Shown here piece by piece: positions 1-8,080 of a DNA stretch of 64,000 nucleotides. Numbering within the stretch: position 1 is the first letter of the stretch; each line of letters opens with the position of its first letter. A program made the position numbers and the translations under genes. The DNA comes from Xanthobacteraceae bacterium (GTDB lineage: Bacteria; Pseudomonadota; Alphaproteobacteria; Rhizobiales; Xanthobacteraceae), in contig DASYFD010000162.1 in the NCBI GenBank assembly GCA_036498625.1, positions 140 through 64,139 on the forward strand, in the 5' to 3' direction. The notes beneath the pieces were generated by a model. That model was not told the origin of the DNA. It was given only the letters and a program-made list of their open reading frames with translations, and ran no database searches.

Positions 1-368
1 AACCGCGCGACGTCCATCTTGTTCTTCTCGTCGGTGACCGCGTTCGAGGCGAACTGCTGCGAGACGCTGCCCAGATAGGTGCCGTCCTGGGGCGCCACCT
101 GGTAGAGATAGAGGACCGCCTTGAGGCTGCCGCCGCCCGGCATGTTCTCCGGAACGATATTCGGATTGCCCGGAATGTGGCGGCCGAGGAATTCCGCGGC
201 CAGCCGGCCATAGAGATCGTAGCCGCCGCCCGGGCCATAGCCGATGATGATCTTCATGGTCTTCCCGCGATAGAAATCGGCGATCGGCTCGGCCTTGAGG
301 GCGGGCATACCGGTCAGCGTCACGCCCAGCGCAAGGACCGACCAGATCATTCGATTTGCAAAGCGCAT
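1..368 (-). CDS. periplasmic solute-binding protein, N-terminal part only (gene runs off the window edge)
   Basis: Own translation of the minus strand from ATG at 366-368: MRFANRMIWSVLALGVTLTGMPALKAEPIADFYRGKTMKIIIGYGPGGGYDLYGRLAAEFLGRHIPGNPNIVPENMPGGGSLK... It has a signal peptide plus Gly-rich SBP-like motifs. It is absent from the ORF track because it is open at position 1. Confidence 0.55.
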   Translation of the reverse strand, partial: MRFANRMIWSVLALGVTLTGMPALKAEPIADFYRGKTMKIIIGYGPGGGYDLYGRLAAEFLGRHIPGNPNIVPENMPGGGSLKAVLYLYQVAPQDGTYLGSVSQQFASNAVTDEKNKMDVAR

Positions 369-419
369 GTTTTTCTCTCCGTTACTTCGGCGCTCCAAGC
401 GCAGGGCGAGAGCGAGAAT

Positions 420-1271
420 CTAGCCCGCACCCACCTGCTTTCGCCACGTGTCCCAGGGACGATCGACGTTCTGGGTCTTGGCCTGCTCGTATTGATTGAG
501 GAAATTGATCGGGCCGCCGAGCGCCACCGCCTGCATTTGCAGCCGGGCATTGACCTCGGTGTAGATGGCGCGGAAGACCGTCGTCTTGAGGTCCGGCCCG
601 GCGACCGCGTCGCCGTGGCCGCGCATCAGCACCACCGAGCCGGCGCCCAGCGACTGCGCCAGCGATTTGCCGAGCTCGGCGGTGTTGACCAGCATGCCGT
701 TCTTCTCGCCGGCGGTCTGCCGAATCTCCCAGACCGGCACCCCATGGCCGAGGAAATGGCCGTTGTGGAAAATGGCGCGCAGCGGCTTCTCGGTGACCCC
801 GAACGGGATGACGCCGGGCGAATGGCTGTGAATGACGGCGTTCACGTCCGGGCGCACCTTGTAGATCTCGCCGTGGATGAAGCGCTCCCGATAGACCGGG
901 CGGCCGCGCGCATTGATGGCGTTGCTGTCGAGATCGAAGGTGATGAGGTCGCTCACCGCCACGTCGCGGGGCGCGATCGCCTGCATCTGCAGGTAGCGGT
1001 GGGGGTTGCGCGGATCCCGGATGCTGACATGGCCGAAGGAGTCGAGCACGCCGTTGTGCGCCAGGATGTGGTTGGCGGCGACCAGATCGACCGCCAGCTC
1101 GGGATCGAGATCGGCGTAATCGGGATCGAGCTTGGGAGCCTCGGCGGAGAGCAGCGCCGTCAAGGTTGCGGCGTCGGCCGCGCTTCCCATCCCGACGGCG
1201 GCGCCGGCGGTCGCGAGATCGGCATAGAACGCCCGCCGGCAGATCATGGGCACCTTGGAAATCTCAACCAT
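420..1271 (-). CDS. class II aldolase/adducin-domain protein with an apparent twin-arginine (Tat) signal peptide
   Basis: ORF 420..1379. Start chosen at MVEISKVPMICRRAFYADLATAGAAVGMGSAADA (ATG 1269-1271, preceded by GAGGG). The body shows GHVSIRDP...VIHSHSP...MRGHG, a pattern typical of class II aldolase-like proteins. Confidence 0.8.
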   Translation of the reverse strand: MVEISKVPMICRRAFYADLATAGAAVGMGSAADAATLTALLSAEAPKLDPDYADLDPELAVDLVAANHILAHNGVLDSFGHVSIRDPRNPHRYLQMQAIAPRDVAVSDLITFDLDSNAINARGRPVYRERFIHGEIYKVRPDVNAVIHSHSPGVIPFGVTEKPLRAIFHNGHFLGHGVPVWEIRQTAGEKNGMLVNTAELGKSLAQSLGAGSVVLMRGHGDAVAGPDLKTTVFRAIYTEVNARLQMQAVALGGPINFLNQYEQAKTQNVDRPWDTWRKQVGAG

Positions 1272-1400
1272 CCCTCGTTCATCCTCCAGAATTGGCCTGA
1301 ATGCGCTCCGACGCGATGCGTCCCGATGACCCATCCGGGCAGAAAAAAGTATGCGCCCCCTCGGCGCGACCGGCAACACAATTTCGGCGCCAACTGGATA

Positions 1401-1417
1401 GCAACTATTTTTGTTGC
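1401..1417. promoter_or_regulatory. operator-like palindrome GCAACTATTTTTGTTGC (GCAAC-N7-GTTGC) followed by GAAAT
   Basis: Perfect 5+5 inverted repeat about 130 nt upstream of the aldolase-like gene. The same motif with the same GCGAAAT tail recurs at 20026-20042, and a variant at 19855-19871. Confidence 0.4.
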
Positions 1418-1524
1418 GAAATATAGAAAATGCAGGGGAGGTCTGGAATGGCGTAATGGCTCGATGGCATAACTTGCGCGCGGCCGCTTCCTATCACCCG
1501 CGCGGCACCTGGCCGAGTGCGGCG

Positions 1525-2358
1525 TCAGAAGTCCGGCGTGTCGGTATGCGGCAGCGGCGCCACCTCGTAGCCGAAGAAGAAATTATTGTTCGGCTCGCAC
1601 AGATCCTCGATCAACGGGCCCTGGTGTATGCGCCGCCAATGCTGGACCGCTGACCACGGCATGGTGAAGGCGCCCGGATCGTCGACCGTGACCGTCACCT
1701 GCAGCGACTTGCCGCCGTCGATCATCTTGAAGCGTTCAACCACGTGAAGCTGCTCGGTGTGGGGGGTGCGATAATTGTCGACGAAGGTGCGGTCGTTGAG
1801 CCCGATGGTGTCGACGACCAGCTCGTCACCTTCATAGTGCCCGACGGATTCGCCATACCATGACGGCTTTACATGCGCCGAATGCGGGATGTTCAGATAG
1901 ATGTGGCGGATCTGGGCGTAGAGCTCGTTGATGATCACGACCTTGTCGGGCGCCTGGATGACATGAACCGGCTGGCCGCGGTTGTAGATATTCAGGCCGG
2001 GAACGCCCGCCGGCCAGCATCGCTCCCGCGCGATGAAAGGAACCTTGCCGGCGAGCACCTCCTCATTGGTCTTGCGCATCTGCTCCACCGCCCAGGGCTG
2101 CAGGATCGGATTGGTGAGATCGGCGATGCGGTAGGTCGACTGGCCCTGACCGTTGGGAATATAGGGATGGGCCTTGTCGGACAGGACCGGCCCGGGCCCG
2201 CTCGGCGGCGGCAGGAAGTCGTCGCTTTTGGGACGGTCCGAGGTCCAGGCGGTGCTGCCATCGTGGTTGAAGTTGGGGACCTCGGCGGCCAGCGTGGGCC
2301 ACGCGGCGGCGCCGGAGAGGAGGCCGGCGGTGATGCACATCAAGCCGAATTTGGACAT
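1525..2358 (-). CDS. secreted protein of unknown function, distant paralog of 55055..55924 and 55975..56829
   Basis: ORF 1525..2502. Start chosen at MSKFGLMCITAGLLSGAAAWPTLAAE (signal peptide). Shares the layout C-x-P-x-G-(V/M)P ... Y-G-x-S-(V/I)-G-x-(Y/W) ... (D/E)-L-(V/L)-(V/E)-(D/V)-(T/E)-(I/T) with the 55-57 kb pair. Confidence 0.7.
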   Translation of the reverse strand: MSKFGLMCITAGLLSGAAAWPTLAAEVPNFNHDGSTAWTSDRPKSDDFLPPPSGPGPVLSDKAHPYIPNGQGQSTYRIADLTNPILQPWAVEQMRKTNEEVLAGKVPFIARERCWPAGVPGLNIYNRGQPVHVIQAPDKVVIINELYAQIRHIYLNIPHSAHVKPSWYGESVGHYEGDELVVDTIGLNDRTFVDNYRTPHTEQLHVVERFKMIDGGKSLQVTVTVDDPGAFTMPWSAVQHWRRIHQGPLIEDLCEPNNNFFFGYEVAPLPHTDTPDF

Positions 2359-2587
2359 CGGGTCGCTCCATTCATCCAAGCCAATGAGCACCGCACTCAC
2401 GCACAGGAGACCGCCGTCGCGTGCACTAACGACCGCGCCAACGCCGACCCGCCGGATCGCGGCCAACATAGCATCTTCCGGAAATCGGCGGAATGGTGCC
2501 AACCGGCCCGCCGCGATGATGCAGCCGGAATCAAATCGGGCGTTTTGCGGAAACTACTGGGGGCGGCGGAATGCAGTCGGAGGCGCC

Positions 2588-2632
2588 GTGCAATCCTGAT
2601 CGAGATGGCCGGAACAAGTCCGGCCATGACAA
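2588..2632. repeat. partial copy of the 118-bp MITE/REP-like element (hairpin ATGGCCGGAACAAGTCCGGCCAT)
   Basis: The hairpin at 2605-2627 is identical to the one at 27787-27809 and matches 49452-49474 in inverted orientation apart from two loop bases. It translates as MAGTSPAMT in the shadow ORF. Confidence 0.7.
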
Positions 2633-2654
2633 ATAGAAGTCCTAACCCCGAACG

Positions 2655-3623
2655 CTAGCTCCCGCCATAGACCGGGACGAACAGATCATCGACCCGCATC
2701 GGCTTGGCGATCATGGATTGATCGACCAGGTATTGCACCAGCGCTTCCAGCGCCTTGCGATTGGGCTCGACCCCATAGGGCCAGGGATCGCCGCCGAACA
2801 CTTCCTCGATCTCGTCGAGATCGGCCGTCATCCAGGGCAGCATGTAGCGGAGCGTTCCGAGATAACGCATCTTCTTGAACGCCACCGCCTTGGAGGCGCA
2901 GAACGCCTGATAGAGGCTGGTGGCGGCGAACGGGTATCTCTCGTAGAAATCGCGGCGCAGCACGATGAGATGCATGATCGGGAAGATCCCGGTTGCCCGG
3001 TAGTAGTCCTTCTCGGCGGTGCGGAAATCGGGAAACAAACGCGCCACGTTCGGATTCTTGCCATAGGCGGTCGGCAGATCGGCCCCGATAGTGGCCGCGA
3101 TCTCGCCGTCCTCCAAAAGCTGGCTGAGCGATTTGCCGCTCTGGTTCTCCACGATCGATACCGGCTTGAGGGGCGGCAGCACGGTCGGGCTGCCATGCCG
3201 GGTCGGCGTCTCCATGGCGCCCTCGACCCACTGGATGGTGGAAAGATCGACGCCGTATTGATGCTGCAGCAGGCCGCGGATCCAGATCGCCGCCGTCATG
3301 GTGTAGAGCTGCACCCCGATCCGCTTGCCTTCGAGGTCCCTGGGCTTGCGGATCTGGCGCTTATCGACCGCGATGAAGCCGTGGCGGAACACCCGCGAGG
3401 CGAACACCGGCAGCGCCACGAACGGGCAATCGCCGGCAGCAAAGCGGCTGACATATTCCGAGCTCGACATTTCCGAGGCATCGAACTCGAGCTTGCCGAC
3501 CATGCGGTCGAACAGCTCGCGCGGATTGTCGACATTGATGAAATTGAGATCGATGCCCTCAGGCTGGACCTCCCCGGTCCGCAGCGCGATCATGCGGTCG
3601 TAGAGACCGCAGGCAAACGTCAT
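2655..3623 (-). CDS. 4,5-dihydroxyphthalate decarboxylase-like (PhtD-like, SBP-fold) protein
   Basis: ORF 2655..3734. Start chosen at MTFACGLYDRM. The pattern DASEMSSSEYVSRFAAGDCPFVALPVFASRVFRH ... GKRIGVQLYTMTAAIWIRGLLQHQYGV is recognised as this family. There is no signal peptide. Confidence 0.65.
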   Translation of the reverse strand: MTFACGLYDRMIALRTGEVQPEGIDLNFINVDNPRELFDRMVGKLEFDASEMSSSEYVSRFAAGDCPFVALPVFASRVFRHGFIAVDKRQIRKPRDLEGKRIGVQLYTMTAAIWIRGLLQHQYGVDLSTIQWVEGAMETPTRHGSPTVLPPLKPVSIVENQSGKSLSQLLEDGEIAATIGADLPTAYGKNPNVARLFPDFRTAEKDYYRATGIFPIMHLIVLRRDFYERYPFAATSLYQAFCASKAVAFKKMRYLGTLRYMLPWMTADLDEIEEVFGGDPWPYGVEPNRKALEALVQYLVDQSMIAKPMRVDDLFVPVYGGS

Positions 3624-3651
3624 CGAAAGCTTGGACAAACGGGATACTCCG

Positions 3652-3773
3652 GGGGAAGGGTGATTGGTGGGCGGTGAATAGTGAGTGGTGAGTAGTGAGT
3701 GGTGAGTAGTGAGTAGTGAGTAGGATGGAGCCACCTGCTCTTACTACTCACTACTCACTATTCACCACTCCCC
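3652..3773. repeat. long imperfect inverted repeat built from (AGTGAGT)n heptads
   Basis: Left arm GGTGAATAGTGAGTGGTGAGTAGTGAGTGGTGAGTAGTGAGTAGTGAGTAGG. Right arm CTTACTACTCACTACTCACTATTCACCACTCCCC. A related element lies at 10903-10988. Confidence 0.75.
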
Positions 3774-3777
3774 ATCT

Positions 3778-4749
3778 TCAACGCGGCGCCGGTATCTGGA
3801 ACAGCGCCTTGAGCTTGTCGGCGGGGATCGGCGCGGCGAGGTATTTCAGCGTCACCGCGGCCGGCATGATGATGTCCATGCCGATGACCTTGTCGGGCAT
3901 CAGCATGTCCTTGGTGAAGAACTCGTCGCGCACGCGCTTGGCGAGGCTCTCGGGCACCGAGGCGATCTCGGCGTAATATTTGAGCGCCATCGGGTCGGCA
4001 TACATGTAGGCGACGGTTTCCCGGTAGGCGTCCATGTAGCGCTCGATCGCCGCTTTGCGGCGCTCCAGCACCGAGGCGCTGGTGATCAGCAGCCGGTTGG
4101 TCTGGTTGCGGATCTCTGGAATGTCGTTGCCGCGGGCGATGATCCGGATCTTGCCTTCCTCGAGCGCCTGGATGCCGAACGGCGGCGTTGCCCAGCCGAC
4201 ATCGATCTGGCCCGACATGACCTGCGTGAAGGTGGGCGGCGGGCCGCCGGTCGCGACCGGCCTGGCGGCGCTCAGGCCGTATTCCTTGATGATGGCGAGC
4301 ACGATCGCCTGCGTCGACGATCCGACGGTCGAATACGCCATGGTGGCGCCGTTGGCGTCCCGGATGGTCTTGATCGGGGAGGTGGCGGGCACGTACCAGT
4401 AGTCGCCGGCGCTGTTGATCTCGGTGCCGATGACGCGGATCGGGGCGCCCTTGTCGAAGGCGCCGAGCACGCCCATCACCCCGCCGCCGATGCCCACATC
4501 GACGCTGCCCGAGATGGTGGCCTGCTGAGTCTCGCCGGCGCCCTGGGTGAACAACAGATCGAGCTCGAGGCCGTGCTTCTTGAAGATGCCGGCCTTCTGG
4601 CCAAGCTCGGACACCGAGGTATCCCAGCTGCCGCGCTGGCCCACCGCGATCTTGAGGGTGTCGTCGGCCGTGGCGGCGAGCGTCGAAGCCGCCAGCACCC
4701 CCAAGCCCACAGCGGCGGCGTTTCGCCAACGTCGCAATCGGAGCATCAT
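3778..4749 (-). CDS. periplasmic substrate-binding protein (NMT1/SsuA-like ABC receptor fold)
   Basis: ORF 3778..4788. Start chosen at MMLRLRRWRNAAAVGLGVLAASTLAATADD (signal peptide). Sequence character is SBP-like throughout. Confidence 0.75.
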   Translation of the reverse strand: MMLRLRRWRNAAAVGLGVLAASTLAATADDTLKIAVGQRGSWDTSVSELGQKAGIFKKHGLELDLLFTQGAGETQQATISGSVDVGIGGGVMGVLGAFDKGAPIRVIGTEINSAGDYWYVPATSPIKTIRDANGATMAYSTVGSSTQAIVLAIIKEYGLSAARPVATGGPPPTFTQVMSGQIDVGWATPPFGIQALEEGKIRIIARGNDIPEIRNQTNRLLITSASVLERRKAAIERYMDAYRETVAYMYADPMALKYYAEIASVPESLAKRVRDEFFTKDMLMPDKVIGMDIIMPAAVTLKYLAAPIPADKLKALFQIPAPR

Positions 4750-4784
4750 CGTATCCTCCCTGGCTCGGCGGTTGTTATGTCCGC

Positions 4785-7400
4785 TCATGCGGTGCCGATT
4801 TTCGTAAGCGATTCCTTGCGCGCGCGCGGCGGCACGCCGCTCCCTTGCGGCTCGCGCTCGTAGCGATGCGCCGGCGTGAGGATCGGGGCCGCGAGCGGCG
4901 CGGCCGCGAAGGAAACCGCCCGGCGTTCCGGCGCGACATCCTCGTAGAGCGTCGTGCGCTGCGCGGGCGTGCGGCCGATCGAGGAGATCAGCGCTTCCAT
5001 CTCGACGGGCGGCAGCTCCTCGCCATGCACGGCGCCGGCCGCCCGGGTGATGCTCTCGTTCATCAGCGTGCCGCCCAGATCATTGGCGCCGGCGTTCAGG
5101 CAGGCCTTGACGCCCTGCGGCCCCATCTTCACCCACGAGGTCTGGATATTGGTGACATGCGGATGCAGCGCGAGGCGCGCCACCGCATGCATCAGGATCG
5201 CTTCGCGATAGGTCGGGCCGCTGCGGGCACGGCCGTGCAGATAGATCGGCGTCTCCATAGGAACGAACGGCAGCGGTACGAACTCGGTCAGGCCGCCGGT
5301 GCGCATCTGCAGGGCGCGCAGGCGCAGCAGATGCCGCGCCCAATGCGCGAGGCCCTCGACATGCCCATACATGATGGTGGCGGTGGTGCGCAGCCCGACC
5401 GCGTGCGCGGTCTCCACCACGTCGAGCCATTGCCGGGTGTTGATCTTGTCGGGGCAGATGATCTGGCGGACCTCGTCGTCGAGGATTTCGGCCGCCGTGC
5501 CCGGAAGCGTGCCGAGCCCGGCCGCCTTGAGCTCGGTCAGAAATGCCGGGAGCGTCAAACCGAGCGTGTGCGCGCCCTGCGTGACCTCGAGCGGCGAGAA
5601 GGCATGGATGTGAATGTCCCGTGTGACCGCCTTGATGGCGCGGCAGATGGCGAGATAGGTCGCGCCCGTATAATCGGGATGGATGCCGCCCTGCAGGCAG
5701 ACCTCGGTGGCGCCGCGCTCCCAGGCCTCCAGGCAGCGGCGCTGGATCTCCTGATGCGCCAGGTCATAGGGACGGCCGCGCAGGTTGGCGGACAGCTTGC
5801 CTTTCGAGAAGGCGCAGAACTGGCAGCGGAAATAGCAGACGTTGGTGTAGTTGATGTTGCGGTTCACCACATAGGCGACGCGCTCTCCGCTGACCGCGGC
5901 ACGCAGCGCGTCCGCGCTTTCGCACACCCGCTCGAAACCGGCACCGCGCGCCGCGAACAAGGCCACGATCTCGCTCTCGTCAAGTTGTGCCCCGGCGGTG
6001 GCGCGATCGAGGATGCGTGCAAGGCGATCGCCGGTTCCGACAGTTAGACGGCCCCGGCGCTTCACTCCCTCTCCCCGCAGGGGAGAGGGTTGGGGTGAGG
6101 GGGTTACGATCTTTCCGTATTGCTCCGTCCGAGCCCCCTCATCCCGCCCTTCTCCCCCTTGGGGAGAAGGAGTGAGAGGCACTGCGTCCCTAAGCCCGCC
6201 GCCGTCAGGCACCGGATGACCCGCGCCTGCGATCCACGCATCCGTGCGTCCGAAGCCTTCGGCATCGACTGCGCGCAGCACCGGGCTGCGCAATGCGGGG
6301 TCGAGCCAGTGTTCCCCGTCGCGGATGTAGGTTGGATAGATCGCGAGGCGCTCGACCAGAATCTTGCCGGCCTGCGCGGTGCGCTCCGCCAAGGTCGCGA
6401 GCGCGGGCCATGGGGCTTCCGGATTGACGTGATCGGGCGTCACCGGCGAGACGCCGCCCCAATCATTGATGCCGGCCGCGATCATGTCGGCGAGCGGGCC
6501 ACCGCTGAGATTGGGCGGCGCCTGGATGTTCATGGCCGGCCCGAAGATGATGCGTGCCGCCGCGATGGTCCACAGATGATCGGCAGCGTCCGGCTCGGGC
6601 GCATCGGCCATGCGGGTGTCCGGCTTGGCGCGGAAATTCTGGATGATGATTTCCTGGATGTGGCCGTAGCGCTGGTGCAGGTCGCGCAGCGCCAGCAGCG
6701 CCTCGATGCGTTCGGCCCTCGTCTCGCCGATGCCGATCAGGATGCCGGAGGTGAACGGAACCTTAGCCGCTCCGGCCGCCGCGATGGTGGCGAGCCGCAC
6801 CGCCGGCACCTTGTCGGGCGAGCCGAAATGGGGACCGCCTTTCTGCGCCAGCCGCTCCGCCGCGGTCTCCAGCATGATGCCTTGCGAGACCGAGACTTTG
6901 CGCAGGCGCGACAGGTCATCGAGGCTCATGACGCCGGGATTGAGATGGGGCAGCAGCCCGGTTTCCTTGAACACCAGCTCCGCCATGGCGGCGAGATAAT
7001 CGAGCGTGCTGGCGTAGCCGAGCGTGGCCAGAGCCTCGCGCGCCGCGCCGTAGCGCAGCTCGGGCTTGTCGCCGAGGGTGAACAGCGCCTCGCGGCAGCC
7101 GGCGCGTGCCCCGGCCTGCGCGATCGCCAGCACCTGCGCGGGCGAGAGATAAGCCGCGGCGGCGCGGCGCGGCGGCTGCGCGAAAGTGCAGTAGTGGCAG
7201 GAATCGCGGCAGAGCTTGGTGAGCGGGATGAAGACTTTGCGGGAATACGAGATGTTGGCGCCATGGCCGCGGTCGCGCAGCAGTGCGGCTGTCGTCATCA
7301 TGGCGGAAGGATCGGTGCAGCCGGCGAGCGCCAGCGCTTCGGAATCGGTCGGCACATGCTGGTCGCGCACCGCGGCGAGAAGATCGTGGAACGTTGTCAT
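4785..7400 (-). CDS. fbiC: FO synthase (7,8-didemethyl-8-hydroxy-5-deazariboflavin synthase), fused CofG-CofH
   Basis: 871-aa ORF with two radical-SAM CxxxCxxC motifs (CRDSCHYC in the N-terminal half, CYFRCQFC in the C-terminal half). The start ATG overlaps the cofC stop (ATGA at 7397-7400). Confidence 0.93.
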   Translation of the reverse strand: MTTFHDLLAAVRDQHVPTDSEALALAGCTDPSAMMTTAALLRDRGHGANISYSRKVFIPLTKLCRDSCHYCTFAQPPRRAAAAYLSPAQVLAIAQAGARAGCREALFTLGDKPELRYGAAREALATLGYASTLDYLAAMAELVFKETGLLPHLNPGVMSLDDLSRLRKVSVSQGIMLETAAERLAQKGGPHFGSPDKVPAVRLATIAAAGAAKVPFTSGILIGIGETRAERIEALLALRDLHQRYGHIQEIIIQNFRAKPDTRMADAPEPDAADHLWTIAAARIIFGPAMNIQAPPNLSGGPLADMIAAGINDWGGVSPVTPDHVNPEAPWPALATLAERTAQAGKILVERLAIYPTYIRDGEHWLDPALRSPVLRAVDAEGFGRTDAWIAGAGHPVPDGGGLRDAVPLTPSPQGGEGRDEGARTEQYGKIVTPSPQPSPLRGEGVKRRGRLTVGTGDRLARILDRATAGAQLDESEIVALFAARGAGFERVCESADALRAAVSGERVAYVVNRNINYTNVCYFRCQFCAFSKGKLSANLRGRPYDLAHQEIQRRCLEAWERGATEVCLQGGIHPDYTGATYLAICRAIKAVTRDIHIHAFSPLEVTQGAHTLGLTLPAFLTELKAAGLGTLPGTAAEILDDEVRQIICPDKINTRQWLDVVETAHAVGLRTTATIMYGHVEGLAHWARHLLRLRALQMRTGGLTEFVPLPFVPMETPIYLHGRARSGPTYREAILMHAVARLALHPHVTNIQTSWVKMGPQGVKACLNAGANDLGGTLMNESITRAAGAVHGEELPPVEMEALISSIGRTPAQRTTLYEDVAPERRAVSFAAAPLAAPILTPAHRYEREPQGSGVPPRARKESLTKIGTA
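6066..6191. repeat. REP-type double hairpin (CCCTCTCCCCGCAGGGGAGAGGG ... CCTTCTCCCCCTTGGGGAGAAGG) lying in frame inside fbiC
   Basis: Same element family and orientation as the intergenic copy at 17851-18012. Translated on the coding strand it reads PLTPSPQGGEGRDEGARTEQYGKIVTPSPQPSPLRGEGVKRR, between the CofG and CofH halves. Confidence 0.75.
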
Positions 7401-8080
7401 GCGACCGCCCCATTCGGCTTGCGATCGCGCTGCGCCAAGTCATGCCGCTCCAGGAACGCCTGGGAGCGGGTGTGCGAGTGCAATTGCGCGAAGGCCCAGA
7501 TGTCCTCCGGCCGGTCGATGTCGAGGCTGATGCCGTGCTGGCGGACGATCAGGGGCTTGATGCCGCAGGCCCGCGCGGCCCGCAGGTGCGGATAAAAGCT
7601 GTCGTCCCCGAAAGTCAGCGGCACCGCGGTCGGCGGGCAGACCAGAACCGCGTTCGATCCGAAATCGTCATGGGAGGGCGCAATGGTGAATGACGGCGAC
7701 GCGCGCCGCATCGCGAGCAGCAGCGAAATCTCGGAGGCGGAGACGAGCGGAATGTCGCCCGGCATTTGCAGCATGCCGGCGCGACCCTCGGCCGCCAGCG
7801 TGCGGGCGGCAGCGGCGACGGCCGCGGTGTGGCCGCCGCGCGCGTCCTCGGTCAAAATGCGGGCGCCGTAGCGTTGCGCCAGTACCTGCGCGGCGGGATC
7901 GAGGGTCACCACCGCGATGCCGGCGAGCCCGCGTGCGGCCGCGACCGCCGCTAGCACGTCCTCCAGCATCGCCAGCGCCAGGCCGGGCCGCAGATGGCGC
8001 GGCACCGCATCGGCCAGGCGCTCCTTGGCGGCGGTGGTTTCCTTGACCGGAATGACCGCCCAGATATCTGGTTCGTTCAA
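7397..8080 (-). CDS. cofC: 2-phospho-L-lactate / phosphoenolpyruvate guanylyltransferase (CofC/FbiD)
   Basis: 227-aa ORF. The N-terminus WAVIPVK...AKERL and the PGDIPL motif fit CofC-like nucleotidyltransferases. The TTG start overlaps the cofD stop (TTGA at 8077-8080). Position in the F420 operon supports the call. Confidence 0.85.
   Translation of the reverse strand: MNEPDIWAVIPVKETTAAKERLADAVPRHLRPGLALAMLEDVLAAVAAARGLAGIAVVTLDPAAQVLAQRYGARILTEDARGGHTAAVAAAARTLAAEGRAGMLQMPGDIPLVSASEISLLLAMRRASPSFTIAPSHDDFGSNAVLVCPPTAVPLTFGDDSFYPHLRAARACGIKPLIVRQHGISLDIDRPEDIWAFAQLHSHTRSQAFLERHDLAQRDRKPNGAVA

Noticed and set aside
177-1472. 431-aa plus-strand ORF overlapping the aldolase-like gene
   Set aside because: It is antisense to a well-supported minus-strand gene. 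Its Arg/Ala/Gly-rich low-complexity translation is typical of shadow ORFs in high-GC DNA. It has no motifs and no SD.
3674-3723. Heptad tandem repeats as a possible CRISPR array or coding repeat
   Set aside because: The repeat unit is 7 nt with no spacers. It forms an inverted repeat with the opposite arm. The only ORFs covering it are N-terminal extensions of real genes.
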